Of a stretch of DNA of 64,000 nucleotides, positions 20,396 to 31,777 are shown piece after piece (positions within the stretch are counted from its first letter, which is position 1; each line of letters starts with the position of its first letter). Below the pieces are notes generated by a model. That model was not told the origin of the DNA. It did not search any database and was given only the letters and a program-made list of their open reading frames with translations. The translations under genes were made by a program, and so were the position numbers. The DNA is from an uncultured Nitrososphaerota archaeon (lineage in GTDB: Archaea > Thermoproteota > Nitrososphaeria > Nitrososphaerales > Nitrosopumilaceae), in NCBI GenBank assembly GCA_963824385.1, contig CAWGPD010000003.1:32001-96000 (forward strand). Direction: 5' to 3'.

Positions 20396-21556
20396 ATGAT
20401 GTGGTCTGATAAGTATAGACCAAAGAATTTGCTTGAAATGGTAGGAAATGAAGAAGCAAAGGAATCTTTTGTAAAATGGCTTGGAAAATGGATCAAGGGA
20501 ACAAAACCTCTTCTTTTAGTTGGTCCGCCAGGAATTGGAAAAACTACCATGGCAACCTTGAGTGCAAAACAATTTGGTTATGATTTAATCAGTATGAATG
20601 CAAGTGATGTGAGAAACAAGCAGAAAATTCAAGAAATTCTCAATCCTATTCTTGGTAATCGGAATCTACTTGGAAATCCTATGATCTTCGTTGATGAAGT
20701 CGATGGAATACATGGAAGATCTGATTTTGGTGGCGTAGAAGCATTGATTGACATACTAAAAGAGCCAACTGTTCCAATAATTCTTGCAGCAAATTCTGAT
20801 ATATCTGACAAAATGAAATCCATAAAAAAAGCTGTAACTACTGTAAAACTTAAACCTCTTCCTCCTAGGTTAATGAGACTATATCTTGAAGAAATTCTAA
20901 GGCGAGAAGATGCATCGATAAAAATTGGAAGTATGATAAAAGTGATTATAGATTCACGTGGTGATATAAGATCAATTTTAAATTCTGCCCAAGCATTGGC
21001 TGGTGGATTTGAGCCTGAACTTGATAAATCCAACCTCACTACTAATGTGGAAGAATCAATAAATTCATTTTTTAATGCAAAATCATTTGATGAGGCAAAA
21101 ATAATACTTTATTCTTTACGTATTGATCCTAGAGAAAAAATTAATGCATTTTATTCAAGTGTAATTACAAGTACTCTTCCAAAAGATACTCTAAAAGAAA
21201 TGTTGGGAATACTTTCTGAAGCTGATATGTTATACGGAAAAATAATGAGGCATCAAGAATGGCGACTCTTACGATATCTAGATAACATATTATTGAAATT
21301 ATACAAACAAGGAACAGCAATAAAATATTCTCAATTTAATCTTCCATGGCCTACTCTTAATAGAATCAGATGGGATGGGAGAGCAATAAAAGGACTAACT
21401 AGTAATCTTGCAAAACAAATGCATGTTTCACGTAGTGTATTTTCAACTTTCTATCTTCCATATCTTCTTTTTTGTATAAAAAATAAATCTCTAGAAATGA
21501 ACCTAAATGAAACAGATTATGAAATTGTACAAAAAGAATTGGATATGATGAAATGA
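20396..21556 (+). CDS. rfcL: replication factor C large subunit
   Basis: WSDKYRP, GPPGIGKT, NASD, DEVDG, GDIRS. Confidence 0.9.
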   Translation: MMWSDKYRPKNLLEMVGNEEAKESFVKWLGKWIKGTKPLLLVGPPGIGKTTMATLSAKQFGYDLISMNASDVRNKQKIQEILNPILGNRNLLGNPMIFVDEVDGIHGRSDFGGVEALIDILKEPTVPIILAANSDISDKMKSIKKAVTTVKLKPLPPRLMRLYLEEILRREDASIKIGSMIKVIIDSRGDIRSILNSAQALAGGFEPELDKSNLTTNVEESINSFFNAKSFDEAKIILYSLRIDPREKINAFYSSVITSTLPKDTLKEMLGILSEADMLYGKIMRHQEWRLLRYLDNILLKLYKQGTAIKYSQFNLPWPTLNRIRWDGRAIKGLTSNLAKQMHVSRSVFSTFYLPYLLFCIKNKSLEMNLNETDYEIVQKELDMMK

Positions 21557-21870
21557 GCTGGCGAGCAATTCCTATGAAGTTTCCAGGAACATGTACAGTC
21601 TGCAAAAAAAAGATTGAAATCAATGAAGTTGCTTTGTGGGCAAAAGGATTGGGTGTAAAACATCAGACATGCGCAGAAGTTTTACAACTAAAATGTATAG
21701 TCTGTGGAGGCCCAGCAGGCTGTCCTGACTGTGAATTTGCAGATAACTGTGATCTGATCAAAGTCTCACAGATGTGTATTTGTAAGAAATGTAGTGATAC
21801 AAAAGATGCTTTTTTACTCTATCAAAGTTCTGTAGTGAAACGATATCCCATGCTAAATCTTAAAATCTAA
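21553..21870 (+). CDS. Cys-rich putative zinc-binding hypothetical protein
   Basis: multiple CxxC pairs in 105 aa; start overlaps the rfcL stop. Confidence 0.75.
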   Translation: MSWRAIPMKFPGTCTVCKKKIEINEVALWAKGLGVKHQTCAEVLQLKCIVCGGPAGCPDCEFADNCDLIKVSQMCICKKCSDTKDAFLLYQSSVVKRYPMLNLKI

Positions 21871-21890
21871 CCCTTCAGATTGAGAAACCA

Positions 21891-22163
21891 ATGGCAAAGC
21901 CTACTACAAAGATTGCACCATTAGATCCAGCCTTTCATGGGGAATCAAACTATGAGGTAGGATTGGAAGATCTCCTTACGGAGAATCGAAATTTAGTTGC
22001 AAAATTAGAAGCCGATCCACAGACTAGTCAAGAAACATTACAGTCTGCAAGGGAAGCACTTCAAGTCGTAGAGGGACTTTGGCAAAATTATCACATTGGC
22101 ATGAATGTTTTTCGTAACGCCAAGGGTGGCCGAGACGGTATTCGAGAAATAAAAACTGATTAA
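21891..22163 (+). CDS. hypothetical protein
   Basis: 90-aa ORF co-oriented immediately upstream of the carboxylase genes. Confidence 0.7.
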   Translation: MAKPTTKIAPLDPAFHGESNYEVGLEDLLTENRNLVAKLEADPQTSQETLQSAREALQVVEGLWQNYHIGMNVFRNAKGGRDGIREIKTD

Positions 22164-22198
22164 ATTAATATAGGTTGCAGACAGTTCTAATTCGAATC

Positions 22199-23747
22199 AT
22201 GCATTCTGAAAAGATTAAGAATTTTTTACATAAAAGACGACAGGCAGAACAGAGTGGTGGAGAAGAAAGAGTTCAGGCTCAACATGATAAAGGCAAGCTA
22301 ACTGCAAGAGAACGAATTGACCTGCTTCTCGATGAAGGAAGTTTTCATGAAATCGATGCAATGACAACTCATCATTACTATGAATTTGATATGCAGGACA
22401 AAAAATTCTTTGGAGATGGAGTTGTTACAGGATATGGAACTATACACGGAAAACAAGTTTTTCTTTTTGCTTATGATTTTACAGTTCTTGGTGGAACACT
22501 TAGTGAGATGGGTGCCAAGAAAATTACAAAAATTATGGAGCATGCTACAAATGTTGGTTCTCCAATTATTGGAATAGCTGATTCAGGGGGAGCAAGAATT
22601 CAAGAAGGAATTCTAAGTCTTGATGGTTTTGCAAATATATTTTATCATAATCAACTTGCATCTGGAGTAGTTCCTCAAATTACCATTAGTGTGGGACCAT
22701 CCGCAGGAGGTGCAGTATATTCACCTGCAATGACAGATTTTGTAATAATGGCTGATAAGATTGCGACAATGTTTGTAACAGGTCCAGAGGTTGTCAAGAC
22801 AGTCCTTGGAGAAGATGTATCTTTTGATGAGCTTGGCGGTGCAATGTCACATGGAAAGAATAGTGGTGTTGCCCACTTTGTTGCAAAGAATGAATATCAG
22901 TGCATGGATATTGTCAAGACTCTCTTATCATATCTTCCTCAAAATAGCACAGAAGAACCACCAATTGTAGAAACTGGTGATGATCCAAACAGACTAGACA
23001 ATAATCTCATAAACATAATTCCAGAAAACCCTCTACAACCATATGATATGAAAGAAATCATTAGTTCTATAGTTGACAATCACATATTCTTTGAGATACA
23101 TGAATTATTTGCACCAAATGTCGTAATTGGATTTGCTAGACTACATGGAAGGACAATTGGAATTGTTGCAAACCAACCAATGGTACTTGCAGGTGCTTTG
23201 GATATTGACTCATCAAACAAGGCAGCAAGATTCATCCGATTCTGTGACTGCTATAGTATTCCAATTATTACTCTAGTAGATACTCCTGGGTATATGCCTG
23301 GGACACAACAGGAACATGCTGGAATCATCCGTCACGGAAGTAAACTCTTGTATGCATACTGTGAGGCTACAGTTCCAAAGATAACACTAATCATTGGAAA
23401 AGCCTACGGTGGAGCCTACATCGCAATGTCTAGCAAGAATTTAGGAACAGACATGAATTATGCTTGGCCAACTGCACAGATAGTCTGTACTAGGTTCTGA
23501 AGCAGCGGTACGGATAATGAACAGAAAAGAACTTGATGCTGCAAAAGATTCTGCTGCATTAAAAAAACAACTTGTAGATAATTTCACTGAAAAATTTGCA
23601 AACCCCTACGTAGCTGCATCTTATGGTACTATTGATTCAGTTATTGATCCTGCTGAAACCCGACCTGCACTAATACGAGCCTTGGATGCTTTAGCAAATA
23701 AAAGAGAGAGAAGAATTCCACGAAAGCATGGGAACATTAATCTTTAG
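22199..23747 (+). CDS. acetyl-/propionyl-CoA carboxylase carboxyltransferase subunit (3HP/4HB cycle); frameshift at ~23484
   Basis: DSGGARIQEG, GGAVYSPA, KAYGGAY, C-terminal RKHGNINL; restoring AGCT at 23482-23486 gives WPTAQIAVLGSEAAV. Confidence 0.93.
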
Positions 23748-23753
23748 AATGAT

Positions 23754-25247
23754 ATGATCAAGAAAATTTTAATCGCAAACAGGGGAGAAATCGCAATACG
23801 TGTAATCAAGACATGTAATGCATTAGGAATTAAATCAGTTGCAGTTTATTCCGATGAAGATGTAAATTCAAAGCATGTTAAGATGGCTTCTGAGGCATAT
23901 CACATTGGTGCTGCATCTCCTTCACAAAGTTATCTTAACATGGAAAAAATAGCAGAGACTGCAATTAGCTCTGGTGCTGATGCAATTCATCCTGGATATG
24001 GTTTTCTTTCAGAAAATGCAGATTTTGCAGATCTATGTGAGAAAAAGAAGATCAACTTCATTGGACCTTCTGGAAAATCAATGAGACTATGTGGTGATAA
24101 AATGGAATGTAAGAATGCAATGATGAAAGCAAATGTACCAACTGTACCAGGAAGTCCTGGAATTGTGGAAGAAGTTGAAAAGGCATTAGATATTGCTAAC
24201 AAAATTGGTTATCCTGTTTTACTAAAGTCGGTTTTTGGAGGAGGAGGCAGAGGAATAAGACTAGTGCATGATGAAAAAGAGCTCAGAGAAGCTTTTGAGA
24301 TGGCATCTGGAGAATCAAAAGCAGCGTTTGGCAAGTCTGCACTATTAGTTGAGAAATTCCTTCCAAAAATTCGTCATATTGAATTTCAGCTAGCACGTGA
24401 CAAACATGGAAATGCACTACATATCTTTGAGAGAGAGTGTTCAATCCAGAGAAGACATCAAAAGCTCATAGAGATGTCGCCCTCGCCAGTTGTTGACCAA
24501 AAGGTACGTGATGAAATTGGAGAACTTGCAGTAAAAGCCGCAGTAGCTGTAGATTATACAAATGCAGGAACTGCGGAATTTCTAAGATTGGATGATGGAA
24601 CTTTTTACTTTATAGAAATAAATGCAAGATTACAAGTTGAACATCCTGTAACAGAATTAGTTTCAGGACTTGATCTTGTAAAATTACAAATTGATATTGC
24701 AAATGGAAAAGAAATTCCTTTCAAACAAAAAGATCTCAAAGTAAATGGCTGCGCAATAGAGTGCAGAATTAATGCAGAGGATACATTTCTAGACTTTGCT
24801 CCTTCAACAGGAAAAATCTTTGATGTAAATATTCCTTCAGGTCCGGGAGTCCGAGTAGACACTTATCTATATCCGGGATGTACTGTCTCACCTTATTATG
24901 ACTCACTCATGGGTAAACTAATCACTTGGGGACAAAACTTTGAGGAGGCTAGACAGAGAATGACACTTGCATTATCTGATTTCTATATAGAAGGAGTTGA
25001 AACTGCAATTCCGTTATACAAGACTATTTTGGATAGTAAAGAATTCATCAGTGGTGATTTATCAACTGACTTTCTTGATAGATTCAAAATTCTTGATAGA
25101 CTACGTGATGATATGAAAAAAGAAGCATCAAGTAAATCTGAAGCTGCACTAGCTGCAACCTTGATACATTCAGAATTTCTCAAAAACAGGATAAAATCGC
25201 ATAAAGAACACAGTATTAGATGGAAAACACAAGTGGATAGGCATTAA
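23754..25247 (+). CDS. accC: biotin carboxylase subunit
   Basis: ANRGEIA, HPGYGFLSEN, GGGGRG, RECSIQRRHQK, NARLQVEH. Confidence 0.97.
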   Translation: MIKKILIANRGEIAIRVIKTCNALGIKSVAVYSDEDVNSKHVKMASEAYHIGAASPSQSYLNMEKIAETAISSGADAIHPGYGFLSENADFADLCEKKKINFIGPSGKSMRLCGDKMECKNAMMKANVPTVPGSPGIVEEVEKALDIANKIGYPVLLKSVFGGGGRGIRLVHDEKELREAFEMASGESKAAFGKSALLVEKFLPKIRHIEFQLARDKHGNALHIFERECSIQRRHQKLIEMSPSPVVDQKVRDEIGELAVKAAVAVDYTNAGTAEFLRLDDGTFYFIEINARLQVEHPVTELVSGLDLVKLQIDIANGKEIPFKQKDLKVNGCAIECRINAEDTFLDFAPSTGKIFDVNIPSGPGVRVDTYLYPGCTVSPYYDSLMGKLITWGQNFEEARQRMTLALSDFYIEGVETAIPLYKTILDSKEFISGDLSTDFLDRFKILDRLRDDMKKEASSKSEAALAATLIHSEFLKNRIKSHKEHSIRWKTQVDRH

Positions 25248-25248
25248 C

Positions 25249-25761
25249 ATGAAATTCAAACTAGAAAATACGGATGAAAACATGGATGGAGAAATTGTAA
25301 AGTCAGTTGGTAATAACGAATTTGTCTTGAAAATCCAAGGAAAAGAACGTGACCTCAAAATAATTACAATGACTCACGATAAAGTTGAGTTTATGTTGGA
25401 TAGTATTTATCATATCACAAAATATCTTGAAAACAGTACTAATCGAATAACACTAGTTATCGATGGAGTAAAGATCACATTTAACAAACGTCCCGAGATG
25501 GACAAGATTGTATACAAAAACTCTGGAGCTGATTTCACTGCAGACTCTCAAATAAATCTCAAAAGTCAAATTCCTGGTAGAGTAGTATCGATAAATGTGT
25601 CTACTGGAGATAATATCAAAAAAGGAGATGTGGTATGTGTCTTGGAATCTATGAAAATGCAAATCTCAATTAAATCTCATAAAGACGGTGTTGTAAAATC
25701 CATGAAATTAAAACAGGGTGCATCAGTTGCAAAAAATGATGTGCTTGCAGAGATTGAATAA
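25249..25761 (+). CDS. accB: biotin carboxyl carrier protein
   Basis: ESMKM biotinylation motif. Confidence 0.93.
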   Translation: MKFKLENTDENMDGEIVKSVGNNEFVLKIQGKERDLKIITMTHDKVEFMLDSIYHITKYLENSTNRITLVIDGVKITFNKRPEMDKIVYKNSGADFTADSQINLKSQIPGRVVSINVSTGDNIKKGDVVCVLESMKMQISIKSHKDGVVKSMKLKQGASVAKNDVLAEIE

Positions 25762-25789
25762 ATATTTTTAAAAATAAATTAAAAGGAAT

Positions 25790-26260
25790 TTAATTTCCTT
25801 TTTTTAGAAAATCTATGATCTCTGGATAGTTTGGTTCTATCAATGGATTATCTGAAACCCATTTGTAGACTATTGTTCCATTTGCATCTACAATGAACAC
25901 AGATCTCTTGGCTGCATCGTAACCTTTCACATGCAACAAGTCAGGCATTAAAATATCATAATCTCTTATTGTCTGACTTTTGTAGTCTCCAAGTACGGGA
26001 AAATTGAGATGTTGTGCTTCTGCAAATGCTTTATTTGCAAATGGACCGTCATTACTAATTCCTATTACTTGGGCACCAAGTTTTGATATCTGATTCCATT
26101 CATCTCTGAAGGTACACATTTCTTTTGTACATACAGGAGAACTTGCTGCTACAAAGAATGAAAGAACTACTTTTTTGCCTTTAAATTCATCCAAACTTCG
26201 CATTTTCAGTTCTGTATCTACTAAAGTAAAAGGTGGTGCCTTTTGTCCTATATTTACCAT
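25790..26260 (-). CDS. peroxiredoxin (BCP/PrxQ-like)
   Basis: SPVCTKEMC, AKRSVFIVD thioredoxin-fold motifs. Confidence 0.9.
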   Translation of the reverse strand: MVNIGQKAPPFTLVDTELKMRSLDEFKGKKVVLSFFVAASSPVCTKEMCTFRDEWNQISKLGAQVIGISNDGPFANKAFAEAQHLNFPVLGDYKSQTIRDYDILMPDLLHVKGYDAAKRSVFIVDANGTIVYKWVSDNPLIEPNYPEIIDFLKKGN

Positions 26261-26447
26261 GATAAAGTTTCATTATTGACATATATCAATCATTTTAGAA
26301 ATTTAAAATGGTTGAAATCTATTATAATTAAAAATTGAAGATATTACTTGATTTCAAAGAAATTATTGAAAAATTTGCTTACAATGAAAATTTTGATCGT
26401 ATAATGTGAATAGATTTTTATACTCTGTGACTGGCTTGTTAGCTACT

Positions 26448-26822
26448 TTGGTAGGAGAAGCTGCTAGTAGTTTCAGCCCAATTTTACTATTATTCATATT
26501 TGCAATAGTAGCAACAGGTCCAACCCTAATTCTTTCTAGAATGATCGCACCCAGACGTACTCCAAACCCTGTGAAATTCCTACCAATGGAATCTGGTCAA
26601 GTCCCACAAGGTGAAGGACGTACTCATTTCATGATGCAGTATTACTCGTATGTCTTGATGTTTGTTGTATTTGATGTGGCATCAATCTTTTTGTATGCCT
26701 GGGGAAGTAGTATTCTTAATTTGCCCAAGTCTGAAACTCTTCCAATTATAGGATTTCTAGCTATAATCTTTGCAGCTTTTGCCTTTGCACTGTATCAAGC
26801 GGGGAGACGAGACATTTGGTAA
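26448..26822 (+). CDS. nuoA: complex I subunit A (probable TTG start at 26448)
   Basis: ESG, FVVFDV; three TM segments; first gene of the nuo operon. Confidence 0.92.
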   Translation: MVGEAASSFSPILLLFIFAIVATGPTLILSRMIAPRRTPNPVKFLPMESGQVPQGEGRTHFMMQYYSYVLMFVVFDVASIFLYAWGSSILNLPKSETLPIIGFLAIIFAAFAFALYQAGRRDIW

Positions 26823-26865
26823 CTTTTAAATCGAATGCGGGAAAGGTTTCGGATGGAGAAGAAAA

Positions 26866-27393
26866 ATGCTAAAAGAACTATTTAATCAAGATACTGCACC
26901 ACATGCAACTAATGTTTTAATTGGAAAGCTTGGCGATGTATTAATCAAAGCAGTTGGAAAACCATTTGACATGGCAATAAACTGGGGCAGAATTTACTCT
27001 TTATGGCCAGTCCATCTTGAGACAGCATGTTGTAGTGTAGAATTTGGAGCTGCATCTAGTCCTCGTTATGACGTTGAAAGATTTGGTATCATAGAAGCAT
27101 TTGGTTCTCTCAGACAATGTGATCTTATTGTTGTCATGGGAACAATTACCAGAAAGATGGCTCCTAGATTAAGAATGGTATATGATCAGATGCCTGATCC
27201 AAAATATGTCATAGCAATGGGGGCATGTGCAATTACTGGAGGATTATACTTTGACTCGTATAACGTACTACCAGGAATCGATGGGGTTCTTCCCGTTGAT
27301 GTTTATGTTCCAGGTTGTCCACCTCGACCAGAAACACTAATCCAAGGATGTATGTTACTTCAAGAAAAAATAAAACGGATGAAGGCTAAATAG
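26866..27393 (+). CDS. nuoB: complex I subunit B
   Basis: TACCSVE, GACAITGG, PGCPPRPE. Confidence 0.97.
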   Translation: MLKELFNQDTAPHATNVLIGKLGDVLIKAVGKPFDMAINWGRIYSLWPVHLETACCSVEFGAASSPRYDVERFGIIEAFGSLRQCDLIVVMGTITRKMAPRLRMVYDQMPDPKYVIAMGACAITGGLYFDSYNVLPGIDGVLPVDVYVPGCPPRPETLIQGCMLLQEKIKRMKAK

Positions 27394-27395
27394 CC

Positions 27396-28052
27396 ATGAG
27401 CTCTGGAACTGAAGAGGGCGAAGTTAAAGATACTGCTGAAGAGCATACTGATGAAAATACATCAAGTTCAGATTCCATGTCAAAAGAGGAGGCAAAGAAA
27501 TTTTATGAAGAAAAAGGACTTGACTTATCTCCAGACGTTCCTGTTAAACCAAAACCTATTCCTGAATTTGAAAAGTCTTTAGCAGATAAAATTTCTTCAA
27601 AATTTGGCGATAAGATACACGTAGACTATATACGATCTGATAGAATTAGGGTAACTACTAAAAGAGAAGACATTGTAGATGTCGCTAAATTTATTCGAGA
27701 TGAACTAAAGTACGATCATGCAGAATCCGTATCTGGAGTTGACTATCCTGATGCACGTGAAATCGAAGTTGTATATCACTTGGGATCTTATACTGATGAA
27801 AGACTCGGACGCCAAATTTTTGCACTTGCAACTAGAGTTCCAAGAGAAGATGTTCCAAATCCAGGTTCAGATGGAACCAGAATGTCATCATTACGTGATG
27901 TATTCTATAGTGTAGAGTTTCACGAAAGAGAATGTTTTGAAATGTTTGGTGTTTATTTTGAAGGTCATCCTGATATGCGAAGATTACTCCTCCCAGAAGA
28001 TTGGGCAGATATACCGCCTTTTAGAAAAGATTTCAAGATAAAGGGACGATAA
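27396..28052 (+). CDS. nuoC: complex I subunit C
   Basis: ERECFEMFGVYFEGHPDMRRLL, PFRKDF. Confidence 0.95.
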   Translation: MSSGTEEGEVKDTAEEHTDENTSSSDSMSKEEAKKFYEEKGLDLSPDVPVKPKPIPEFEKSLADKISSKFGDKIHVDYIRSDRIRVTTKREDIVDVAKFIRDELKYDHAESVSGVDYPDAREIEVVYHLGSYTDERLGRQIFALATRVPREDVPNPGSDGTRMSSLRDVFYSVEFHERECFEMFGVYFEGHPDMRRLLLPEDWADIPPFRKDFKIKGR

Positions 28053-28054
28053 AA

Positions 28055-29188
28055 ATGACAACACAACTACCTCCGGGAATGCATATTGAGACCGTGGACG
28101 AAAAAATAATGACGCTCAATGTTGGACCTCAACATCCAGGTTCTGGACATATGAGATTAATTATCAAAGTTGACGGTGATTACATTGTTTCATGTGATCC
28201 TGATCCAGGTTATGTACATCGAGGAGAAGAAAAAATGGCCGAATACAGAAATTATATTCAAAATATTCCTCACCTTGAAAGACCTGTAATCCACGACTCT
28301 TCTAATATCTTGTATCCGTATTGTCTTGGAGTAGAAGAATTATTGGGAATTGAAGTTCCAGAGAGAGCAAAATACATCCGAGTCATTGCAGCAGAACTGA
28401 ATCGTTGTATCTATATTTTATACTGGTTGGCAATCTATGGAATATTCTTAGGTCACTCTACCATGTTTATGTGGCCTGCAGGTGATAGAGAACTTTTCAT
28501 TGATCTTTTAGAAGCAATGTCTGGTGCAAGAGTAACTCATGCATATCTAGTACCTGGAGGAGTACGAAATGATTTACCATCTAACTTTGAAGAGCGATGT
28601 TTAAGACAAGTTGCATATTTTGAAAAGAGACTAAAAGAGTATGAGGCTATTTTTTATCAGAATCCTCTCTTGAAAGCAAGAACAGAAGGTAGTGGAATAT
28701 TATCAAGAACAGATGCTATCAGACTTGGAACAACTGGTTCAGTACTGCGAGCATCTGGTGTTGATTTTGATGTAAGAAAAAAAGAACCATATGATGTTTA
28801 TGAAAATCTAGACTTTCAAACAATAGTGATGAAAGAGGGTGATTCCTATGCACGTTCCCGTATACCTTATCTTGAGATGTTTGAGAGTTGCAGAATAATT
28901 AAGGACGCATTAAAAAAGATGCCAAAGTCAGGCTCTGTGCGTACAAAATTAAAACCAAATCCAAAAGGTGGTAACGATGAAGTTTATCGTAGAGTAGAGT
29001 CTGGTAGAGGAGCAATTGGATATTACATTGTGTCTAACAACCGACCTGAACCTTATAGAGTAAAAATAAGCGTTGGATCATTTAGAAACTTGATCTGTAT
29101 GCCGTATTTGTTAAAGGGAGAAAAATTAGGTAACATGCCAGCAGTCTACTGGGGTCTTAATTATTGGCCTGTGGAGGCAGATCGATAA
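28055..29188 (+). CDS. nuoD: complex I subunit D
   Basis: NVGPQHP, GYVHRGEEK, C-terminal EADR. Confidence 0.97.
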   Translation: MTTQLPPGMHIETVDEKIMTLNVGPQHPGSGHMRLIIKVDGDYIVSCDPDPGYVHRGEEKMAEYRNYIQNIPHLERPVIHDSSNILYPYCLGVEELLGIEVPERAKYIRVIAAELNRCIYILYWLAIYGIFLGHSTMFMWPAGDRELFIDLLEAMSGARVTHAYLVPGGVRNDLPSNFEERCLRQVAYFEKRLKEYEAIFYQNPLLKARTEGSGILSRTDAIRLGTTGSVLRASGVDFDVRKKEPYDVYENLDFQTIVMKEGDSYARSRIPYLEMFESCRIIKDALKKMPKSGSVRTKLKPNPKGGNDEVYRRVESGRGAIGYYIVSNNRPEPYRVKISVGSFRNLICMPYLLKGEKLGNMPAVYWGLNYWPVEADR

Positions 29189-30491
29189 ATGTCTACTATC
29201 GCACCGCAGTTTAGATTCAGTAGATTCATTGCATCTCTATTTGATTTAATATTTTGGGTACTTCTGATCTTCAGTCTAGTTGGATTGCCCATAGTCTTTG
29301 TTATACTGTTTTACATCAAGCTTCCAATAATCAACGGTCAACTCATGACCCCATATCTTTCAATTACCTGGATTGCTGACCCATCACGTACTCTTCCAAT
29401 TGTCAAAAATTTCATTCATACAACTATCTTCAGAGTGATGGTATTTCCCGGATTTGGATTTGCTGCTTTACTTGCAGCTGCAACAATATTTGTAGAAAGA
29501 AAGTTTCTTGCAAAAATACAGCTCAGAGTAGGTCCACTTTATTGTGGAAAAATAGAAGGAATTCTACAACTGATGGGTGATGGTTTTAAGCTAATGAGTA
29601 AAGAGATCATAATACCTGCAAAAGCAGACAAACCAATTTTCTGGATGGGTCCATTATTGTTTGTAGGTGCAGCAGGTGCCTTTGTTTCTCTGATTCCAGT
29701 TGCTCCTGGATGGGTAGTTGCAAATCCTTCCGTTGGTCTTTTAGCAGTATTTGCAATCATAGGTTTCTTTCCAATAATTGCTGTACTCACAGCATGGGCA
29801 GCAAATAGCAAATGGACATTCATTGGTGGTCTTAGAGCACTTCATCAAATGGTTGCTTTTGAAATTCCATTAATTTTGTCACTTCTTGGAGTAGTGATAC
29901 TCTCTGGAAGTCTAAATCTTTCGCAAATTGTTGAATCACAACAACACTTTTGGTGGATTACTTTTGTACCGATTGGCGCAATAGTCTTTTTCATTACAAT
30001 CTTTGCAGAACTTGAAAGAATTCCATTTGATCTTCCAGAAGCAGAAAGTGAAATTGTTGCAGGATGGTTAACAGAGTTCTCTGGAATGATGTATGGATTA
30101 ATTCAGCTTGGAACTTATCTAAAATTATATGCATTTGCCGGATTGTTTGTTGTATTATTCCTTGGTGGTTGGAACGGTCCTATGGTTTGGCCACCCTTCC
30201 CACAAGATATCATAACTAATGGAATTACAATTGGTCCTGTAACTGCTAAAATCCCTGGATTGCCGCTCTTTGATCAACAAATGCTTAATGGCACACTGTG
30301 GTTTGTGATAAAGACTGTAGGAGTTATACTCTTGATTCTACTACCTCGTGGAGTTTTCCCAAGAGTTAGAATGGATATAGCATTACACACTGGTTGGTAC
30401 AAACTAATCGGTCTTGCTTTCATTAACATCTTTATAGACTCTCGGATTGCTATACGCAGGTGTCTTGGGACCTGGAGGATTGTTACAATGA
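29189..30491 (+). CDS. nuoH: complex I subunit H (frameshift at ~30438 near the C-terminus)
   Basis: ERK...QLRVGP, PFDLPEAESE; restoring AGCT at 30436-30440 gives IFIALGLLYAGVLGPGGLLQ*, ending in an ATGA overlap with nuoI. Confidence 0.93.
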
Positions 30492-30986
30492 GTAATGTTA
30501 TCGGAATAATCCGCGCATTAAATTCCGGAGTTAAACATCTTGCAGTAAAGAGATTCACATTACGATATCCTGAGCAGAAATTAAAATTTGTAGGTGATGG
30601 ATTTCAATTCAATCCGGAGACCGGAGTGGGAATAGCTGGATTAAGAGGTCGACACATATTGTTCCATGAACATTGTACTGGTTGTCAGACTTTGTTCTGT
30701 AGCATGTGAGGGAATAGCAGAGGCCATAAGTATGGTCAAGATAGCTGAAACGTGGAAACATAACAAGAAAGCAATAATGCCACAGATTGATTATGGTAAA
30801 TGTGTATTCTGTGGACTATGCGTAGATGCTTGTCCGTTTTATGCACTATACATGACAAATGACTATGAGCTTTCTTCGTTTACCAAATCTGCTCTTATTT
30901 ACACCCCTGCTCAGCTTGCTATCAAACCAAATATTTCACAAGATGTTGAAATAAAAATAAGTGACAGGGGTGCTTCACATGGTTGA
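30488..30986 (+). CDS. nuoI: complex I subunit I (frameshift at ~30689)
   Basis: TLRYPEQK; restoring AGCT at 30687-30691 rebuilds CTGCQLCSVAC; second cluster CVFCGLCVDACP. Confidence 0.93.
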
Positions 30987-31491
30987 TTCTGTATTTCTAG
31001 CTCTGTCTGTTCTAACAATTGGTTCTGCTATTGTAGCACTTGAGATACGATCTCTGATATATGGTTCAATAGCATTAATGATAACATTATCAGGAGTAGC
31101 TGGATTCTTTTTGCTTTTGGATGCACCATTTGTAGCAATGTTCCAACTTTCAGTTTATGTAGGTTCCATCGCGGTTCTAATATTATTCACAGTTATGCTA
31201 GTTCGACGAGAACTTATTTTCAATAAGGTTGAAGATAAACGTCGAAGATATGCTGGCATAGGACTGATGCTTGCACTTATGCTAGGCATAGGAACAATAA
31301 TCATTGGTTCTGGACTGAAAACCATGGATACCAATTCACCTATGGTAGATTACAAAAAAATAGGAGAAGACTTTCTGACATATTATTCGCCTGCATTAAT
31401 CGTTATGGCACTAATTTTGGCTTCATCAATTACTGGAGCAATGACACTGGCAAGAAGGGAGGATGCAATAGATGACCAACGCGCTGATTGA
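30979..31491 (+). CDS. nuoJ: complex I subunit J
   Basis: QLSVYVGSIAVLILF; ATG at 30979. Confidence 0.92.
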   Translation: MVDSVFLALSVLTIGSAIVALEIRSLIYGSIALMITLSGVAGFFLLLDAPFVAMFQLSVYVGSIAVLILFTVMLVRRELIFNKVEDKRRRYAGIGLMLALMLGIGTIIIGSGLKTMDTNSPMVDYKKIGEDFLTYYSPALIVMALILASSITGAMTLARREDAIDDQRAD

Positions 31492-31777
31492 TTTTATTTT
31501 GGTTTCAGTGGCACTCCTTGCCATTGGAATCTATGGGATGGCTGTAAAGAGAAATGCAATCCGTATGCTTTTTGGTGTTGAAATGATAATTAATTCAGCC
31601 AATCTCAATTTGGTTGCATTTTCTAGGTATATACCAAATAGTCAGGGTCAGACACTTGCTCTCTTTTCTATTGCAATAGCAGCTGCAGAAGTTGCAGTGG
31701 GATTAGCACTTGTAATTGTAGCCTATAGAATGTACAGAAACATTGACATTGCAGACTTTAGGAGTTTAAAAGGATAA
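31472..31777 (+). CDS. nuoK: complex I subunit K
   Basis: AIAAAEVAVGLA. Confidence 0.95.
   Translation: MTNALIDFILVSVALLAIGIYGMAVKRNAIRMLFGVEMIINSANLNLVAFSRYIPNSQGQTLALFSIAIAAAEVAVGLALVIVAYRMYRNIDIADFRSLKG

Noticed and set aside
29189..30709. apparent NuoH-NuoI fusion ORF (506 aa)
   Set aside because: Artefact of two single-base insertions at AGCT sites (30436 and 30687); correcting them gives normal separate nuoH and nuoI with an ATGA overlap
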